The notes below the pieces were generated by a model, which made no database searches, was not told where the DNA came from, and worked only from the letters and a program-made list of their open reading frames with translations. Positions 60,005 to 64,000 of a stretch of DNA of 64,000 nucleotides are shown piece after piece (the first letter of the stretch is position 1; each line of letters opens with the position of its first letter). The position numbers and the translations under genes were made by a program. Source of the DNA: Azolla caroliniana (lineage: Eukaryota; Plantae; Polypodiophyta); the NCBI GenBank assembly GCA_043228905.1, contig JBHGNT010000004.1, positions 17,112,001-17,176,000 on the forward strand. The letters run 5' to 3'.

Positions 60005-61860
60005 GTCACCTTCCCAAACCACTCCTTGGCATAAAGAGATATTGTTGATGAAAATCTTAAAGACCACCTCCAAAGTATTTTGTAAATCCTAGACAAGGAC
60101 TAACCCTTCTAGAAGACGAGGTATTGAACATCAACGGGCATGAGTGACCATGTGCGGTCCTCGCGGATATTGTTGATGAAAATCTTAGACCACCTCCAAA
60201 GTATTTTGTAAATCCTAGACAAGGAGTAACCCTTCTAGAAGACGAGGTATTGAACATCAACGGGCATGAGCGACCATGTGTGGTCCTCGTCAGGAACTGG
60301 AACACGAACACCAACGGGCATGAGAGACCATGTGCGGTCCTCGTTGAGAGTTGGAACACGACCACCAACGGGCGTGAGCGACCTTCCCAAACCACTCCTT
60401 GGCATAAAGGGATATTGTTGATGAAAATCTTAGACTACCTCCAAAGTATTTTGTAAATCCTAGACAAGGAGTAACCCTTCTAGAAGACGAGGTATTGAAC
60501 ATCAACGGGCATGAGCGACCATGTGCGGTCCTCGTCAGGAACTGGAACACGAACACCAACGGGCATGGGAGACCATGTCAGTCCTCTTCGAGAGTTGGAA
60601 CACGACCACCAACGTGCGTGAGCGACCTTCCCAAACCACTCCTTGGCATAAAGGGATATTGTTGATGAAAATCTTAGACCACCTCCAAAGTATTTTGTAA
60701 ATCCTAGACAAGGACTAACCCTTCTAGAAGACGAGGTATTGAACATCAACGGGCATGAGTGACCATGTGCGGTCCTCGCGGATATTGTTGATGAAAATCT
60801 TAGACCACCTCCAAAGTATTTTGTAAATCCTAGACAAGGAGTAACCCTTCTAGAAGACGAGGTATTGAACATCAACGGGCATGAGCGACCATGTGCAGTC
60901 CTCGCGGATATTGTTGATGAAAATCTTAGACCCCCTCCAAAGTATTTTGTAAATCCTAGACAAGGCGTAACCCTTCTAGAAGACGAGATATTGAACATCA
61001 ACGGGCATGAGCGACCATGTGTGGTCCTCACCCAGGACTGAAACACGAATACCAACAGGCGTGAGAGACCATGTGCGGTCCTCGTCGGGAACTAGAACAC
61101 GAACACCAACGGGCATGAGAGACCATGTCGGTCCTTGTCAAGAGTTGGAACATGACTACCAACGGGCGTGAGCGACCATGTGTGGTCCTCACCGGGAACT
61201 GGAACATGAACAGCAGTAGGCATGAGCGACCATGTCGGTCCTCGCCGAGATCTGGAACACAAACAATAGTTGGAGTGAGCGACCATGTGCGGTCCTCACC
61301 GGAGACTGGAACACGAATACCAACGGGCATGATCGACCATGCAGCCCTCACCAAGAATTGGAACACAAACTGACGTGAGCGACCATGTGTGGCCCTCATC
61401 GGGAACTAGAACGTGAACGACCATGTGCGGTCCTCATCGAAAACACGAACGGGCATGAGTGACCATGCGACCCTCACCGAGATTTGGAACACAAACGGGC
61501 ATCAGCGATCATGCGGCCCTCACCGAGAACTGAACACGAATGGCCGTGAGCGACCATGAGGCCCTCACCAAGAACTGAACACGAATGGGCATGAGCGACC
61601 ATGTGGCCCTCACCAAGAACTGGAACACGAATGGACATGAGCGACCATGTGTGGCCCTCATCAGGAACTGGAACGTCAGCAACCATGTGCGGTCCTCATC
61701 AAAAACACAAACGGACGTGAGTGACCATGCAACCCTCACCAAGATCTGGAACACGAACGGACGCGAGTGACCATGTGGCCCCCACGGAGAACTGAACACG
61801 AATGGAAGTGAGCGATCATGCGGCCCTCACTGAGAATTGGAACAACAACGGGCGAAGGGT
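60005..61860. repeat. Compound tandem array inside G: six ~126-bp A units interspersed with ~53-bp B units, then a degenerate B array
   Basis: GATATTGTTGATGAAAATC starts at 60038, 60166, 60411, 60655, 60781 and 60907. B = GAACTGGAACACGAAC..AACGGGCATGAGCGACCATGTGCGGTCCTC, repeated to ~61850. Confidence 0.92.
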
Positions 61861-62359
61861 GCAAGTGAAGCGGTCGACTCGACCTCTTCTATTATGAGAG
61901 GGTAAATAGTCGAGGTTGACCAAAGACACGGCACAAATGGTAGCGCTAGCGAGAAACCCATGCGATCCCCACCAGGAATGTGAGTGGTTGTGGACCCCAC
62001 CGAAACTAGAAGGTGAGCGATCGAAATCAATCCTCGCCGATAGAAAGTGGTGCGAGACTTGAACTATAACGAAAATGCAGTGCAACCGAGCAATGATCCA
62101 ATCCCCACCAGGAAAGTGAGCGGTTGTGACCCCCACCGGAACTGGGAAGGTGAGAGATGGAAAACACTCCTCACCAAAACTATGATGCAAAATGATACCT
62201 AAAAATGATGACAACGATGGTTGGGCGAAGAGGTGCTGAAAATGATGATGTTGAAGACAAGGATGTTGATGACGATAACTCCGGAAACAAGGATGGTGAT
62301 GATGGTAACTCTAGAAGCAAAGGTGATGACAAAGACGGGTGTTGCTCCCAATTGGAAGG

Positions 62360-64000
62360 TGTAAAAAGCAACATGTGGAAGCAAGTATGAAGACCGAACA
62401 GAAGGAAGGAAACTCAGGTTTAATGGAGAGCTTGAGCCTACACGGTATACGCGAGAGAGACAGAGAGAGTGAGAGAGAAGACACAAAAAACTATATTCAA
62501 CAATAATACTCAGTCTGTACATAAGACGTGCTCAATGAACACTTTTATACAAGTCCTAGAAGGACTAACCGAAGTATTGACAGTACTTCAATGCTCATCA
62601 AGACCTCCTACACTAACTCCCAAATATATTCCTCACGGAATATCTTTCCTAACGACCTCCGGTTTACGCACTCGGCCTAACCGATCGGTCCCAACCGATC
62701 CGGTCCTCGGCTTCTTCAGCCGATCCGGCCGATGTTGAGCTTGTCTCTCAACACTCCCCCTCAAGCTCAACTCGAGGCTCTTCGGGATCCTCAGGCTCAC
62801 AGCTCCGGTTCCTTCTGGCTTCACGCCTCGCTCGCACTCCTCGACCTGTTCGACTCCGCGCGCTTCGACCCTTCCGGTCGGCTTGTCTGCTCACGTGGCC
62901 CTTATCAGCTCTTCTGTTGTTGCAGTGTTGACGCTTCTCCTGCTGCCTTTTCTTCCGCTTGGCCCTCAGTTGATTCAACGTATCTGAATCAAACATCCAA
63001 ACCGACTCGGCTACCTCCGATCGGTTTTCGCTCTCGTCCGAGTTGGTTGTCTCCAACTCGTCTTCGGTCTTCTCGCCTTCGATGGCGTCATCTTCCCCAT
63101 GCGTGGTTGGCTTCGGCTCTCTCCTTCGGTTGCTCCCCTTCTGTCTGCTTCCGAACTTTTCCGCGGGTCCGCCCTCGGCTTCTTCAGCCGATCCGATGTC
63201 GAACTTGTCAACCGACTCGGTGTCGCGGTGTCTGCTCCTTTCCTGGTGCCTTGCTTGGACTGTTCTCCCCCTCAAGTTCGGCACGTCAAGGTGATGCAAT
63301 CCGAGCGCACCTGAGAATTGCCGCAACTTGTCCAGACCAAGAGGCTTGGTGAAAATGTCGGCAGCCTGCCGATCCGTCGGAACGTACTGAAGTTCGACTT
63401 CACCGGAAAGGACACGCTCACGGACGAAATGGTAGTGCACCTCAATGTGCTTGGTCCGTGCGTGGAAAACGGGGTTCTTCGCGAGCTGGATGCTGTTGAG
63501 GTTGTCGCAGTAGATCATCATCGGATCGCACACCTCCACCTGCAGGGCCTTAAGTAGCCGCTTCAACCATATGGCTTCGCATGTCGCAACAGCCGCTCCT
63601 TGGTACTCAGCTTCGGTGCTCGACAGTGCAACTGTCGGCTGCTTCTTACTGCTCCACGCGATCGCGGCACTCCCGAGGGAGAACGCGTATCCAGACGTGG
63701 ATCGGCGATCGGCGGCGTTGCCAGCCCAATCAGCATCGGTGTAGCTGACTAACTGCGCGGCTGCACCGATCCGATATAGCAGTCCGCGGTCCTTAGTGCC
63801 GCTTACGTACCGCAGTACGCGTTGCGCACACTGAAGGTGCTCCTCGGTAGGTCGCGCCATGAACTGACTGATCACTCCGACCGGATAACTGAGGTCGGGT
63901 CGGGTGATGGTCAAGTATATGAGGCTTCCGACAATTTGTTAGGAACCTCGTCGGGTCGCATACCTTTCCCGTATCGGGACGAAGCTTGACGGTTCTGTCC
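62360..64000 (-). mobile_element. Element J: 3' end of a Ty1/copia (C/D family). 3' LTR 62360-62753, PPT 62754-62765; continues beyond the window
   Basis: LTR TGTTGAGAGACAAGCTC..TTTTTACA, with RT end and RNase H upstream. Confidence 0.92.
62748..63914 (-). CDS. Element J Pol C-terminus (RT end, RNase H and ~170-aa charged extension), partial
   Basis: TRPDLSYPVG, YTDADWAG, SSTEAEY, TKHIEVHYHFVRE, ADIFTKPL, then open reading through to the LTR. An in-frame stop lies just upstream of the ORF. Confidence 0.8.
   Translation of the reverse strand: MTITRPDLSYPVGVISQFMARPTEEHLQCAQRVLRYVSGTKDRGLLYRIGAAAQLVSYTDADWAGNAADRRSTSGYAFSLGSAAIAWSSKKQPTVALSSTEAEYQGAAVATCEAIWLKRLLKALQVEVCDPMMIYCDNLNSIQLAKNPVFHARTKHIEVHYHFVRERVLSGEVELQYVPTDRQAADIFTKPLGLDKLRQFSGALGLHHLDVPNLRGRTVQARHQERSRHRDTESVDKFDIGSAEEAEGGPAEKFGSRQKGSNRRREPKPTTHGEDDAIEGEKTEDELETTNSDESENRSEVAESVWMFDSDTLNQLRAKRKKRQQEKRQHCNNRRADKGHVSRQADRKGRSARSRTGRGVRARREARRNRSCEPEDPEEPRVELEGEC

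Noticed and set aside
60005-61860. CRISPR-like array of repeats with variable intervening sequence
   Set aside because: Eukaryotic context, no cas genes, and the intervening segments are themselves repeated rather than unique spacers.
62205-62390. Asp-rich 61-aa ORF
   Set aside because: GAT-rich low complexity, and it runs across the J LTR boundary; cannot be supported as a gene.

Overview
Eukaryotic, plant-type nuclear DNA. It is probably from a non-seed vascular plant such as a fern or lycophyte; this is inferred from the long PLS-class PPR, a Tcn1-like chromovirus and a tRNA-Trp-primed Ty3/gypsy, and is not proven. There are two host genes, both on the minus strand: a 3-exon mago nashi (exon-junction-complex core) gene at 2125-4607 and a ~1030-aa PLS-E PPR gene at 13257-16361. 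Between them lie a deleted Ty3/gypsy derivative with TWO retropepsin domains (the second fused behind the integrase C-terminus) plus an antisense ORF, and an inverted copy of one PPR repeat. From ~17.1 kb to the end is a nest of LTR retrotransposons, many of whose boundaries can be read from TG..CA ends, PBS, PPT and TSDs. Letters used below: LTR(17908) > copia D(-) > Tnt1/Tork-like B > copia C; Ale-like E > Tork-like F > chromovirus K; E > gypsy-like G(-) > Tork-like H > (solo LTR + gypsy I); G > copia J(-). Highlights: (1) two related gypsy insertions stacked head-to-head in the same 4-bp ACGT target; (2) the double-protease gypsy; (3) a chromovirus with a Tf1-type self-priming PBS, a perfect 5-unit heat-shock element and a -1 frameshift hairpin; (4) a copia family with a duplicated PPT and a conserved translated extension; (5) a higher-order tandem array inside G; (6) a PPR inverted duplicate that could fold back. 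All alignments were done by eye and no databases were searched.
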